Below are positions 1 to 12,012 of a stretch of DNA of 64,000 nt, in pieces. The stretch spans positions 8,804,001 to 8,868,000 of the forward strand of contig NC_043010.1 in NCBI RefSeq assembly GCF_006345805.1. The letters are read 5' to 3'. The DNA comes from Octopus sinensis. Its lineage: Eukaryota. The translations under genes and the position numbers were made by a program. Each line of letters starts with the position of its first letter. Positions within the stretch are counted from its first letter, which is position 1. The notes under the pieces are model-generated. The model ran no database searches. It saw only the letters and a program-made list of their open reading frames with translations, and was not told the origin of the DNA.

Positions 1-925
1 ATATATATATATATATATGATATATTATAATATATATATATATATAAACGGTAGTATGTGTATGTACATGTCTGTGCATGTGTTGATAAATATTATAAAG
101 ATTTATTTTTAAAAGTAGGAAAGTGTGCACGATTTGAAAGATGATGTAGAATAATGTTTAAAGTAATGAGATAGAAACAAGCCTTCCAGGCTTACATGGA
201 CATAGCTGTAAAGAATCTATACATATTAGGTGTATCTCTTCACTTTTATTAATATTGTTTTAAGTCTGCTAGAATAAGCAGATGATGAGTCGAAATATGT
301 ATCTGAATATATGGTTCTTCAGTTTCTCTTAACCATTATGGTTAAGACCAGGCAGGCTGAAGTATCATATTTGTCTGACAAATATATAAATATTCTAATT
401 GTTCTTTCAAGAGATCTTTGCCTTTATAAGGTTCGTTGATAGTTTGTTCTTTTTTAATTTGAACAGCAATATAATGTCGATCAAGCAGCAATGTTCTATA
501 TGTGTGTGTGGGGGGGGCATGCATGCGTGGGTGTGCGTGTGTGGGGGTGCATGCATGGGTGCATGTGTGTGTGTGTATATATCTATATGTATCTGTATAC
601 ATTTACCTGTTTATTTATTCATACCTTTAGTCTTTTATGTATGTGCTTACCATATTTTTGTATGTTTTTTTAAAATTTCATATCCCTATTTATTTTTGAG
701 AAATCGGAATGTTCAATATATCCACCTCCCTAAGAATTTCCCTCCTAAATGTCACTCCCAACCCACCTTTTTATTGTTTCACTTCTTTTTTGTGAAGGGT
801 TTGTCTTCGTTTACGTTTTTTTGTTATCATCATTTTCAATGCCAGCACTTCATAATTCACCAAGCATGCACTTTATATATCTTTGAGCTAAGAATATTTT
901 CCTAACGAGGAGTGACTTAGATCTT

Positions 926-973
<48 letters not shown>

Positions 974-1221
974 CATTGCTGTTGTTGTTGTTGATGTTGC
1001 TGCTGCTACTACAACTGCTCATTTTTTCTTTGTTTTGTGATTTTTTTTTTTCCTGCTTGTTAAAAAAAAAAATTGTAGTTTCTAAACAAGATAAAAGCAA
1101 AAATAATGCATGAAAAAAAAAAACTGGGATATAACAATAAAACAATGGATGTGTGTGTGCATGCATGTGTGTGTATGAGTGCATGCATGAGTGTGTATGA
1201 GTGCATGCATGTGTGTGTAAC

Positions 1222-1255
<34 letters not shown>

Positions 1256-1270
1256 CATATGTGTGTATGT

Positions 1271-1340
<70 letters not shown>

Positions 1341-1517
1341 ATATATATATGTTTGTGTATATATATATATATATCTATATATATATATATGTATATATAT
1401 ATATGTATATAGATATATATATATAAATATATTATATGTAAATATATATATATGTTATATATTATATATTTTTATATATATATTTCTTTTTTATTTTCCA
1501 CAGTCCCCTCATGCATT

Positions 1518-1523
1518 TTTATT
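1518..1523 (-). terminator. Candidate polyadenylation signal for the protocadherin
   Basis: AATAAA on the minus strand about 50 nt after the TAA at 1575-1573. Confidence 0.35.
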
Positions 1524-1572
1524 CTGCATTAGTAAAGCAGAAAATTCTACTTGTTGAATCCAAGTCAATTCT

Positions 1573-1732
1573 TTACCCATCAAAAGGCCGATTATATGAT
1601 AGTAGCAAATAATCAATATTGTTATCTCTACTCCATTGTTCATATTGACTCGATATTGTAGTGTAACTATCAGTAAATGAGATGCTATCTAACCTTTGTG
1701 TTAACACCGTGAATTCATAAAACTTGACCAAT
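1573..1732 (-). CDS. Putative protocadherin terminal exon (K-LVKFYEFTVLTQRLDSISFTDSYTTISSQYEQWSRDNNIDYLLLSYNRPFDG*)
   Basis: Acceptor ttactatatttgcatag|A; 52 open, non-repetitive codons in the frame predicted from the 47-nt exon; AATAAA at 1523-1518 downstream of the stop. Confidence 0.55.
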
Positions 1733-1903
1733 CTATGCAAATATAGTAATTTTCTCAATGCTTTTTTTCTTTTTCTTTGCACTTCTCTGATAAAAAAAAA
1801 TGTGCATCTTTTCTTCTTTTTTCTATTCCATTTAAAGGAGACAGCTATTTACAGAGTTGAAAACAAAAACAAAAAAGAATATATATATATATATATATAA
1901 TAT

Positions 1904-1946
<43 letters not shown>

Positions 1947-2467
1947 ACAATATATATCTAATATTTTTTTCAGTTTCTTTAATATATATATATATAGATA
2001 TATTAAAGAAATTCAGATAATGAAATACAAATTTTCATAACAATTGAATAGGTTATATATTTGTAGTTCTATCCAACCTACACCTAGAATTTTTTAGTAT
2101 TAGTTCTCTTTGTATTTAACTATTGAGTCATGTACATTTTGCCCTTCTCTCTTATGCAGCTTAAGAGAAATAGAAATAATTTGTGTATCACACGAGACCA
2201 TAATATAGGTCAACAATATTTGGCCGGATGTAAAATTGGACTTTTCAGTCTAACACACAAAGGCTGTCATCCTTTCTGCTTAGATATTTTATAATGAATT
2301 GCTTCTAGTTTATTATATGTTAGGAACATATACATTTTTTAAGAATTTGAAAAATAGCCTCTAATAGTTGATAAAGGCCACTCATATAAAAGAATTTTAT
2401 CAATTGTTTAACACATTTCTGATGTTATTTTATTGACCCCTAATGATATAAAAGACAGAGTCTAGAG

Positions 2468-2747
2468 CAGTGATTCCCAAACTTTTTCAGGCTGCTGCCT
2501 CCTTGACTCCCTGGTTACTTTCCTTGCTCCACAACCACAAACATAGACCACTTTCTGCTGCAAATTCAAAACAACAACTCTATTTCACAAATAAAACTTA
2601 ACCTAATCTATCCATTATTTTGGAATTTTTTGCATTCATCACCCCTTTTTGGCTGCCCCAACTATTGCCCATTTTTATTCAATGACCACCCCCTGAATCT
2701 TTCCACCACCCTCAAAGGGGCAGCACTGTCCACTTTAGGAACTACTT
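2468..2747. mobile_element. hAT/Charlie-type MITE
   Basis: Ends cagtgattcccaaact / actttaggaactactt (degenerate TIR); 8-bp TSD-like gtctagag (2460-2467) / gtctagat (2748-2755), the typical Charlie target. Confidence 0.7.
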
Positions 2748-2969
2748 GTCTAGATTATCATTTTCTCTAATGCTATCTTTCACTAAACTAGTCACTGATT
2801 TTCAGTTTAGAATAAAGACAGATACTAAAATGTCTCTAGATAGTCTCACGACAGCTATTAAAATAATGACTGCAATTTATTTATAACACTTAGTGGCATT
2901 CCAGTGAAATAGATGGAAAGGTGAAATTGAGAAACACTGATAAGATGCTTTATTTAGTTAGCTCTTTAA

Positions 2970-3190
2970 CCCTTTCGTTACCAACCCGGCTGAAACCGGC
3001 TCTGGCTCTTTAGTACAAATGTCTGGTTTTCCTAATTTTTTAATTAAAATCTTCCACCAAACCTTAGTCACAATTTATGTCCCTAACTCTAGCTTAATGA
3101 TAACGATGTTATTTTACTTAATTCTTTGTTATATTTAACATAATTGGAAGAAACACTGAGCATCTCAAAATAAATTCAGTAACAAAAGGG
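2970..3190. mobile_element. piggyBac-like MITE, family PB1
   Basis: TTAA on both sides; TIRs ccctttcgttac / gtaacaaaaggg; further copies at 58707-58922 and 50768-50902. Confidence 0.85.
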
Positions 3191-3326
3191 TTAAACCATA
3201 TATTTACTCATGTAAAGCTAGTTGGGGTTACTCAACAATACACAGTGATTGTGCCCTTTTATATAAAGCTGGCTCTATATGATCATTGAATGAGAAAGAT
3301 ATTTATTTCTTAAAAATTCCGCTCAC

Positions 3327-3373
3327 TTTTCATCACTATGCTGTTTTCCTGCTGCCAGAAGTCAATGTACCAC
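3327..3373 (-). CDS. Putative protocadherin internal 47-nt exon (V V H stop [11 protein letters not shown])
   Basis: Acceptor ttgttttaatttcag|G and donor AAA|GTGAGC. Phase 0 in matches the upstream donor; phase 2 out matches the next exon. In-frame TGA at 3364-3362. Confidence 0.6.
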
Positions 3374-3979
3374 CTGAAATTAAAACAAGTAGCTTCTATT
3401 ATAAAGCAGGAGAACACTATGATAAAAAGTCTAAATAGATGAAACCAAACCAACTGGTTTTCTTTCAATACTGCAGTGTCAGAATTATAAGAATATTCAT
3501 AGAGTGTCCATTCTTGTAACTGTTTTTTTATGTTCTTAAGAGGCCCTTTAAGAAATGAAACTGAGCAGAGTAGGGCATCTAAAGAGTGTGTATATATGTA
3601 TACATATATGCATATATGTATACATATGTATATATGTATGTATATATACATATACACAAATACATATATGCACATATATGTATGTATACATATATAAGTA
3701 TATATGCGTGTGTACATATATATATGTATATATATATATATATATATAATATATTGTATACATACACAGCCAGATATATATACATAGACATTTCCCCCAG
3801 TTTTCGATGCAATAAAGGCAAAAAGTCACAAAATATAATAATATTGGTTGTCTTCAGATTTCATAAATAATTTTCTTAAAAAGATAACTGTTCAACCTCA
3901 GTAAGCAAATTTTATTATTTTTATTTTTTGTATTTTTTGTAATATATATGTTGATGTGTGTGTGTGTGTGTGTGTGTAG

Positions 3980-4024
<45 letters not shown>

Positions 4025-4056
4025 ATAAATATATGTATACACACACACACATATAT

Positions 4057-4393
4057 ATATTGTTGTATTTCGGGATGGTCATTTTTTTCCCTTCCCAAAT
4101 AAACATCCACACTATATATTCCTTCTTCACTCATTTATTACTCATGTCCATTGTCCGAAAATCTTTTGTCACACATCTGTGACACTTTCTGTCTTCATGT
4201 GTGCTCTTGCTCTGCTTATTCCATTTTGTTCTTCTATAAGTGTTGCTAAAGTGGTCACTGATGTGTGACAAAAGATTTCCAGAAAATGGACATCAATTAG
4301 AATAAGAACAGTAATAAATGAGTGAAGAACGAATATATAGCACCTGTGTTTATTTGGCAAAAAAGAAATGACTGTCTCAGATTACAACAATAT
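4057..4393. mobile_element. Degenerate fold-back (MITE-like) inverted repeat
   Basis: Arm 4057-4188 is the imperfect reverse complement of arm 4248-4393 (e.g. cttcttcactcatttattact / agtaataaatgagtgaagaa; cttttgtcacacatc / gatgtgtgacaaaag); loop about 59 nt. Confidence 0.75.
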
Positions 4394-4621
4394 TTGTTTC
4401 AACACACGACTTCACATCAGGAATCTTGCTACACAAATTCATAAACTTATATATATATATATAGATATATATATATATATCTGTGTGTGTGTAGATATTA
4501 CATATGTAAATATACATATATAAATACACGTATGTCATACACATGTATATATATATGTATGCATATATACATACATACATACATATATATATATATATAA
4601 TACATATATATATACATATAT

Positions 4622-4673
<52 letters not shown>

Positions 4674-5105
4674 CATATATACATATATATAATATATATA
4701 CATATATTCTCAGAATATTTTTCATGCATGTGTCGGTAATTTTGTTGTGATATGTTTGTACAACACCTGCTGAAACTGATCTAATATATTCTAGTATAAA
4801 ATAATTTGGTGAACAATCTGCATCATTTCAAGACACTGGAAGCAGCTTCAGGGCATGCAGTAGTCAAGAAAGAAAACTAGTGTGTTTGATATAACAATAT
4901 TTTCCCATGATTTAATAATAAATGATACTTGATTTATTTATATATTTACATTCTTTTTATTTTATTCCCCTTCCCCTCCCCCAAAAAATGGAGAAAAAGA
5001 AATTTGTTTTCGTTTTTAAGATTTCAAAAGAAATTTGATTCAGAAAAATAACTAGCATTTAATATAAAACTGATTAAGAAATTTCATGAGAAGTTAAAAA
5101 AAAAA

Positions 5106-5181
<76 letters not shown>

Positions 5182-5390
5182 AGTATATGTAATTTCTAGA
5201 AATTGTTGTTTTCTTAAAACATTTTGGGAAACTTCTTAAACTGATAAAAGCCATTATACAAAGAATTCATAATTTTAGTTGTTTAAGTTCCTGAAAGTTT
5301 GAACAATAGAAATCTTCGTCAACTGAAACACAAATTAGTTTTGTAGAAATTAATGAGTTGCATTAATAAGAAAGCAAGATGCAAAAGTGA

Positions 5391-5428
<38 letters not shown>

Positions 5429-6008
5429 GAGTTTGATGATATAACCTTTATTCTTGTAAGAATTATGAGATCAAAATACAGATTAACATTCAGTGAGTGT
5501 AGTAAGTATTGAAGCAGTTTCTTTTCAATTCAGCCAATATAAAAGGGAAATACTTCTAAACTCTGTAATTAAAAGGCAAACCCATCCCAGATCTCTTTTG
5601 TTTGCACTAATTGACTTCATACATCAGTTATTGATGAAGATCTGTAAATTATGTGAAATCTTAGCTCTATTCATGACTAAAATTTTGAAGGTAAAAAAAA
5701 AAAAAAGCAATGTAAAATCTTTTAAATCTATGAATTTGTATTACATCTTTCATCCCTGTTGTAAAAACACAAATTTATTTTCAATTTGCCATGAAAAAAA
5801 TTAATGATTTCCTAACCCTTTACAACTAAATTGTTTTAAAGTTTTAAATATTCACCAAAATTTGAACAGAGATGAAATCCTAAGATTATATTTCTGAATA
5901 TTCCAAAGTAATTTCTTACTCTTTTTTTTTTCTTGTTCTTGTTAAACAGTAATTATATTAACCATGATAAATCTCAGAGCGAGTTATAAACAGTAGCGGT
6001 AACACATC

Positions 6009-6319
6009 GTGACGTATATTTGCCATTTGAATATGGCTAACCCCTAAGGGTGGATGCTACTGTAGTTTGTAGCCCCAGGAAGACACCTCCTCCAGCTGGC
6101 TATAGACACACTTTCTGTGCCCTATCAGTAATACCTTGAAACTCAAGTCCGTGTGTATCATGAGTTGAAGACGGGAAGGATGAATTCCCTTCACTAATAC
6201 TGATAGGGCACAGAAAGTGTGTCTATAGCCAGCTGGAGGAGGTGTCTTCCTGGGGCTACAAACTACAGTAGCATCCACTCTTAAGGGTTAGCCATATTCA
6301 AATGGCAAATATACGTCAC
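6009..6319. mobile_element. Near-perfect fold-back element (122-bp arms, 67-nt loop)
   Basis: 6009-6130 versus 6198-6319 differ at 2 positions; a diverged single-arm relative lies at about 25878-25955. Confidence 0.9.
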
Positions 6320-6348
6320 AGTAATTATATTATTGTAATGAATTATAT

Positions 6349-6357
6349 ACTCACTTG
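6349..6357 (-). promoter_or_regulatory. Splice donor ending the large protocadherin exon
   Basis: CAA|GTGAGT consensus donor, followed immediately by an in-frame TAA and AT-rich sequence. Confidence 0.85.
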
Positions 6358-8805
6358 GCTCGCTAATTCTGTTGTTGCTGTACAATAAACACCAGTGAAC
6401 AAACTTTTCTTGTTGTGACTTGAGTCAAACCGAGAATGCGGTTCTGCTTTTAACTGGATTGGTTGAAGAGCTTTAGATTTTGCTTCTTCTGATATCGCAG
6501 CTGGTACATCATATTGCGAACACATTGGCTCACAGAAATATTCAGTTTGTCTATTTTCATCCAAGAATTTATCAGCATTATCAACTTCATTAGAGTAGTC
6601 GGAATTTCTTTGATGGCTGCTTTTAACAATACATATTGTTATAGCTACAACAAAAACTACTGAGATCGTAACTGCAGCCACAACAATGATTATAAATAAA
6701 TTGATATGTATCTTGTCATCAGACTGTGTATTAACTGTTGCAAACATTGTTGAAGTTTTGTTACTGACAGTCAATGTTAAAAATAAAGTAGTAGTTGCTG
6801 ATAAAACAGGAGTACCACTGTCTTTGACAGCTAATTTAAGATCATAGGACCCGGCATCATTTTGGTAAACTGTACGAGTAAAAGACAAAACACCTGAAAA
6901 TTGGTTTATTGCAAACAGATGTTTGTCATTACCACCAAGGATTTCATATTTGAGAAAAGCATTTTGGCGTCTGTCTCTGTCAGAAGCTTTCAGGACTGTG
7001 ATATCATTTTTACTTTGTGGATGATAGTGGACATCTAGACTGAAAGGGTTAACACTGGGAAATATGAAATATGGAGCATTGTCATTTTCGTCCATAACTT
7101 CAACAACAACATTTGCTGTGTTGTTTAAAGAAGGATTTCCATTGTCTCTGACAAACACTTGAAATTTATATATTTCTTGTCTTTCTCTGTCCATCGACTG
7201 AGTGGTTAAAATGAATCCAATATCGGATATTTGAAAAGGAAATGACTGTTCCCTAATCCTTAGAAGAGAGTAGGTGAGTTTTCCTCCAGACCCTAGGTCA
7301 GGATCAGTTGCATTGATAAACCCTACAGGGAAACTAGGATCTTCATTTTCGTAAGTAAGAAATTTAAATGTCTCTTTTGTAAATTGTGGTTGTACATCAT
7401 TAACATCCATTACCTGAATAGAGAACTTCTGTTCTGTTTTCATTGAGGGCGATCCTTTATCTTGGCAAATGATAATGAATTCAATGTGACTTTCTTTCTC
7501 TCTGTCAACCAAATTCTTGAGGATAACTTTATATTTATTTTTGCCAAGACTTTGAAGTTTAAATTTTCCATGATGAAGGTTACACACAACCTCTCCATTT
7601 TTGCCAACATCATTGTCAGAAACCTTTACATATGCAATAAAGCTGCCAACTTTCATCCCTTCTGATATGGTAGCCATATTGTCAGAGGACTTAGAAACAA
7701 AGTTCATTTCAATAACAGGAGCATTATTCTGCTGGTTGACAACGTTGACTTGTACCATAGCAACAGAAGTTAAAGGTGGGTTTCCTCCATCAGTGGCTTC
7801 GACATACAGTTCATATGTCTGACGCTTTTCATAGGGAAAATCTTCCTGAAGGAATATTTCTCCAGTTATTTCATCCAATCGAAACTGCAATTGAGCTGTG
7901 TCTGCAGTTTTTGAACTAAAGTGATAGGTTACCCTGCCATTTTTATCGGCATCAAGATCAGTTGCATGTAAAGCAATAACTAATTTATTCTTCTGGTACT
8001 GATTATTGACAGTAACATTATATGAGTTCTGTGAGTATACAGGAGGATTATCATTGACATCTGTGACTGAAATCTTTATACTCAAAACTCCTTGTTTTGG
8101 TGGAGATCCTCCATCAGTTGCAATAACTTGCAATGTGTAAGTATCCTTGACTTCTCGATCTATTTCTTTCTCTAAATTAATCCCAAGATTATAAGATCCA
8201 TCAAATCTCTTAGAAAAACTTAAAGTAAATAACTCATCACTATTCTCCTTCAGTTGGTAACTTATTTGTGAATTCTTCACACTAACATCTCTATCGACGG
8301 CATTAGGGATTGACCTCATTGTGTCCTTCTTGTCTCCATCAGAAAACTGAAGACTAATATGTTTACTAGGAAATTCTGGTTGGTGGTCATTAGCATCTTC
8401 TATTACAACTTTAATTTCCAAAATTTTAAAGAATGATTGATCTTTCTGAACAGCTACATCAACCATTCTGAAGCATTCAGTATTATATTTACAGAGGGAT
8501 TCAGCATCAAGTGTCTGAGCAGTAAATATTTTCCCTGTATTAGTAACTTTAAATAGTTGGTTGTCACTTAGGACATTTTTCTGCAGTTGGTTAAACCGTA
8601 TCGAACTATAGTCTTTGGACAAAATACTATCCATCAGGTGAGTATCTGTTGCAATATCTCCAAGGTAACTGTCTGGACTTCTGCCTTCTTTAACGTAATA
8701 AATAAAGTCTGTACAGAAGCAGGTCTGGTAAAATATTTGTAGCACAAAGATCTTGATGAACATTTCTCTGACTAGAGATGACAGCCATATGCGATGAGAA
8801 TTCAT
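6355..8805 (-). CDS. Pcdh: Protocadherin, large coding exon (signal peptide, EC1-EC6, TM, proximal cytoplasmic tail; 817 codons)
   Basis: Six cadherin repeats with linkers DANDHQP, DVNDNPP, NQQNNAP, DVNDVQP and DENDNAP. DRE, DxD and xDGG motifs are present, EC1 has C-X5-C (CKYNTEC), and there is a hydrophobic TM (LFIIIVVAAVTISVVFVVAITICIV). The first ATG after the acceptor is 8805; an alternative ATG at 8763 starts MFIKIFVLQIFYQTCFC. The exon ends at a phase-0 donor CAA|GTGAGT. The symbol is family-level only. Confidence 0.96.
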
Positions 8806-8846
8806 GTTTATTGTTTTCCAAATTTCTGAGATAATAACTGAATGAA

Positions 8847-8875
8847 TCTGAAATATATGGGAAAAAGAGAGAATT
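8847..8875 (-). promoter_or_regulatory. Splice acceptor of the large protocadherin exon (implies an upstream non-coding 5' exon)
   Basis: Minus strand reads ttctctctttttcccatatatttcag|ATTCATTCAG. Exon would start at 8847 (alternative CAG gives 8837), 42 nt before the ATG. Confidence 0.7.
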
Positions 8876-9529
8876 AAATAAAAAGGATTTAAATAGATAA
8901 TTATAACTTTACTATTATTATTATTATTTATTGGGGGAGGAGGCAAAATAAAACCTAAATTATAAAGTCTGTTGTTAAATGTATACATTTGTATAGTCAA
9001 TATATACCCATTGTGTCTGTGTGTGTGTATGTAATTAATGTATGTACATATGTGTATATACATATATATAATATATATATATTATATATATATAATATAT
9101 ATATATATATGTATATACATATATATATATATGTATATACATATATATATATATATGTATATACATATATATATTGTATGTATATACATATAAAAATTAC
9201 ACACACACACATATATTCATGAATATATGTGTACAAACATGCACACACATACGCACACACACACACACACGCACACATATATAAATATATAGAAAATTTA
9301 TGCTTAATTTATTCATGGCAATTTAATCAAAATGAATATTAGGCAGAAGACAGGCATGATAGTGATGGATCAGAGTAAATATAGCAAAATAGTTCAAAAG
9401 TAAAATAATTTAGTTTGTTGTGGAGATGATGTAAGAAATCTAACAGTTCAAGAACAAATCTAGAACCACATGGTTTGAAGTGAATGTCTTAACATAGCCA
9501 TGTTTGCATCATAAGTATACATATATCTA

Positions 9530-9532
9530 TAG

Positions 9533-9616
<84 letters not shown>

Positions 9617-9718
9617 TGATAGATAGATAGATAGATAGAGAGGTAGACAGACAGATAGACAGAAAGATAGATAGATATATAGATAGATAGGTAGATAGAT
9701 AAATAGATAGATAGATAT

Positions 9719-9759
<41 letters not shown>

Positions 9760-9868
9760 AGAGGGTAGACAGACAGATAGACAGAAAGATAGATAGATAT
9801 ATAGATAGATAGGTAGGTAGATAAATAGATAGATACAAAGATAGATAGATAGATACATAGATAGATAA

Positions 9869-9917
<49 letters not shown>

Positions 9918-10028
9918 GGTAGAAGTAGACAGATAGATAGATAGATAGATAGATATATAGATAGAGAGATAGATAGATAGAGAGATAGAGAGATAGATAG
10001 AGGTAGACAGACAGATAAATAAAAAGAT

Positions 10029-10060
<32 letters not shown>

Positions 10061-10215
10061 AGAGAGAAGAGAGAGAAGAGAGAGAGAGAGAGAAGAGAGA
10101 GGGAGAGAGAAGAGAGAGAGGAAGAGCAAGAGAGATAGAGATAGACAAATAGATTGACAGATAGACAAAGAGACAGACAAGCAGACAGATGGATTGATTG
10201 ATAGATGGATAGATT
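9530..10215. repeat. Compound (TAGA)n/(GA)n microsatellite tract
   Basis: Direct reading. Confidence 0.95.
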
Positions 10216-10721
10216 TTTATATATGTATGACTTTACACATACAGTCATACACACACATAAAGGGAATGTGTGAGAGAGATAGATAGGGGTGAGGTGGGGT
10301 TGATCGAGACAGACATGAACATTTATGTTTACAGAGACGGTGTCCGATATATAAATAATATTTCATTAAAAGCCGAAACTTTCTAAACGATAACTCAGAG
10401 TTTCACATTACCAATAATTCACACAATTCCTGAAGGTGATACGTAGCAGGATCAAACCAGACACTACAATTGCTATAAAACAAAGTGAACTTCTTGACCA
10501 TGTGGCCATACTATCACCATATCTCTACCAATGGAGAGTCTTCGTGCAAGGAAGCCATTCCATCTGGAATGCTGAGAAGCATCCAAGCATGAGTTGCAAG
10601 AAATAGCATTTGCTCCTTGTTTACACACTAATTCTGCTGCCGCCATGAATCATTGCTTTCCATTATTGTTGTCATAATATAATAATGCTTTATGAACTTG
10701 AAGGTCCCAACTGTCTTAGTA

Positions 10722-10724
<3 letters not shown>

Positions 10725-10762
<38 letters not shown>

Positions 10763-10933
10763 TATGTATGTGATTATGTATAACTGTAGTGTGTGTGTGT
10801 GTGTGTATGTGACTATGTATAACAGTGAGTGTGTATGTGTGTCCTCGTGTGTGTATGTGTGTGAGTATATATGTGTGGTGGGGTGTGTGTGTTGTGTGTG
10901 ATTATGTATAACAGTGAGTGTGTATGTGTGTCC

Positions 10934-10976
<43 letters not shown>

Positions 10977-11086
10977 TATGTGTGTATGTATGTGATTATG
11001 TATAACTGTATGTGTGTGTGTGTGTGTATGTGACTATGTATAACAGTGAGTGTGTATGTGTGTCCTCGTGTGTGTATGTGTGTGAG

Positions 11087-11123
<37 letters not shown>

Positions 11124-11159
11124 TTATGTATAACAGTGAGTGTGTATGTGTGTCCTTGT

Positions 11160-11194
<35 letters not shown>

Positions 11195-11200
11195 TGTAAA
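10725..11200. repeat. (TG)n-based minisatellite with higher-order ~220-bp duplication
   Basis: Marker tatgtataac(a/t)gt recurs six times (about 10775, 10814, 10902, 10996, 11035, 11125). Confidence 0.8.
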
Positions 11201-11274
11201 TTATACATACACACATACTCACACGCACTCATGCATATGCAAGCACATGCACATATATACGTGCACTCACATGC

Positions 11275-11545
11275 TTCATCACAAACATCATCACCATCAT
11301 CATCGTCATCATCATCATCATCATTGTTATTGTCATCGTCATCACAACGGTCATTACCACCACCACCACCACAACTATCATCCTCATCTACACCATCACC
11401 ACCATCACCATAGTCATCATCATCATCGTCATTATCATCGTCATTGTCATCACTGTTGTCTTCGTCATCACCACCACCACCACCACCATCCTTATGGTCG
11501 TCATCATCATCATCATCATTATCCTCATCTTCATGATCACCATCT
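11275..11545. repeat. (CAT/CAC)n trinucleotide tract
   Basis: Direct reading. Confidence 0.95.
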
Positions 11546-11804
11546 ATATATCCACTCATTAATTATACATATCCTGTTTATATCTAAATACACATGTACA
11601 TGTATGTGTATTTATGTGTATGTATACATGTGTGTGAGTGTGCATGTGAGAGGTGTGTGTGCATGTGAGGAGTGTGTGCATGTGAGGAGATGTATGTATA
11701 TATAGAACATCAATTTGATCAATATCTTAGTTCACCATCAAGCACTTTACATTAATTCACTCAATCACCTTTTCTATGTGTGTGTCTGTGTGTACATCTG
11801 AACG

Positions 11805-11835
<31 letters not shown>

Positions 11836-11974
11836 ATGTGCTATATATATTATTATATATATATATATATATATAATATCTATTAATAATATATATCTAA
11901 TATATATATATATATGCAAGTACACACACCACACACAACACACACACACATATATATATATATAGATGCACGTA

Positions 11975-12012
<38 letters not shown>

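Noticed and set aside
2160-2295. Plus-strand acceptor with a 44-codon open frame inside the protocadherin intron
   Set aside because: No convincing donor or recognisable peptide; likely chance in AT-rich DNA.
3362-3364. A-to-I editing (UGA to UGG) as the way to bypass the stop
   Set aside because: The A has a 5' G neighbour, which ADARs disfavour, and no pairing partner for this exon was seen; readthrough or mutation is more plausible.
8806-9063. N-terminal 86 aa of the 906-aa ORF
   Set aside because: It runs through a (TA/CA) microsatellite and a polypyrimidine tract/acceptor; intronic read-through, not coding.
11136-11705. Poly-His ORF resembling a histidine-rich protein
   Set aside because: (CAT/CAC)n microsatellite, open in several frames, no splice context.
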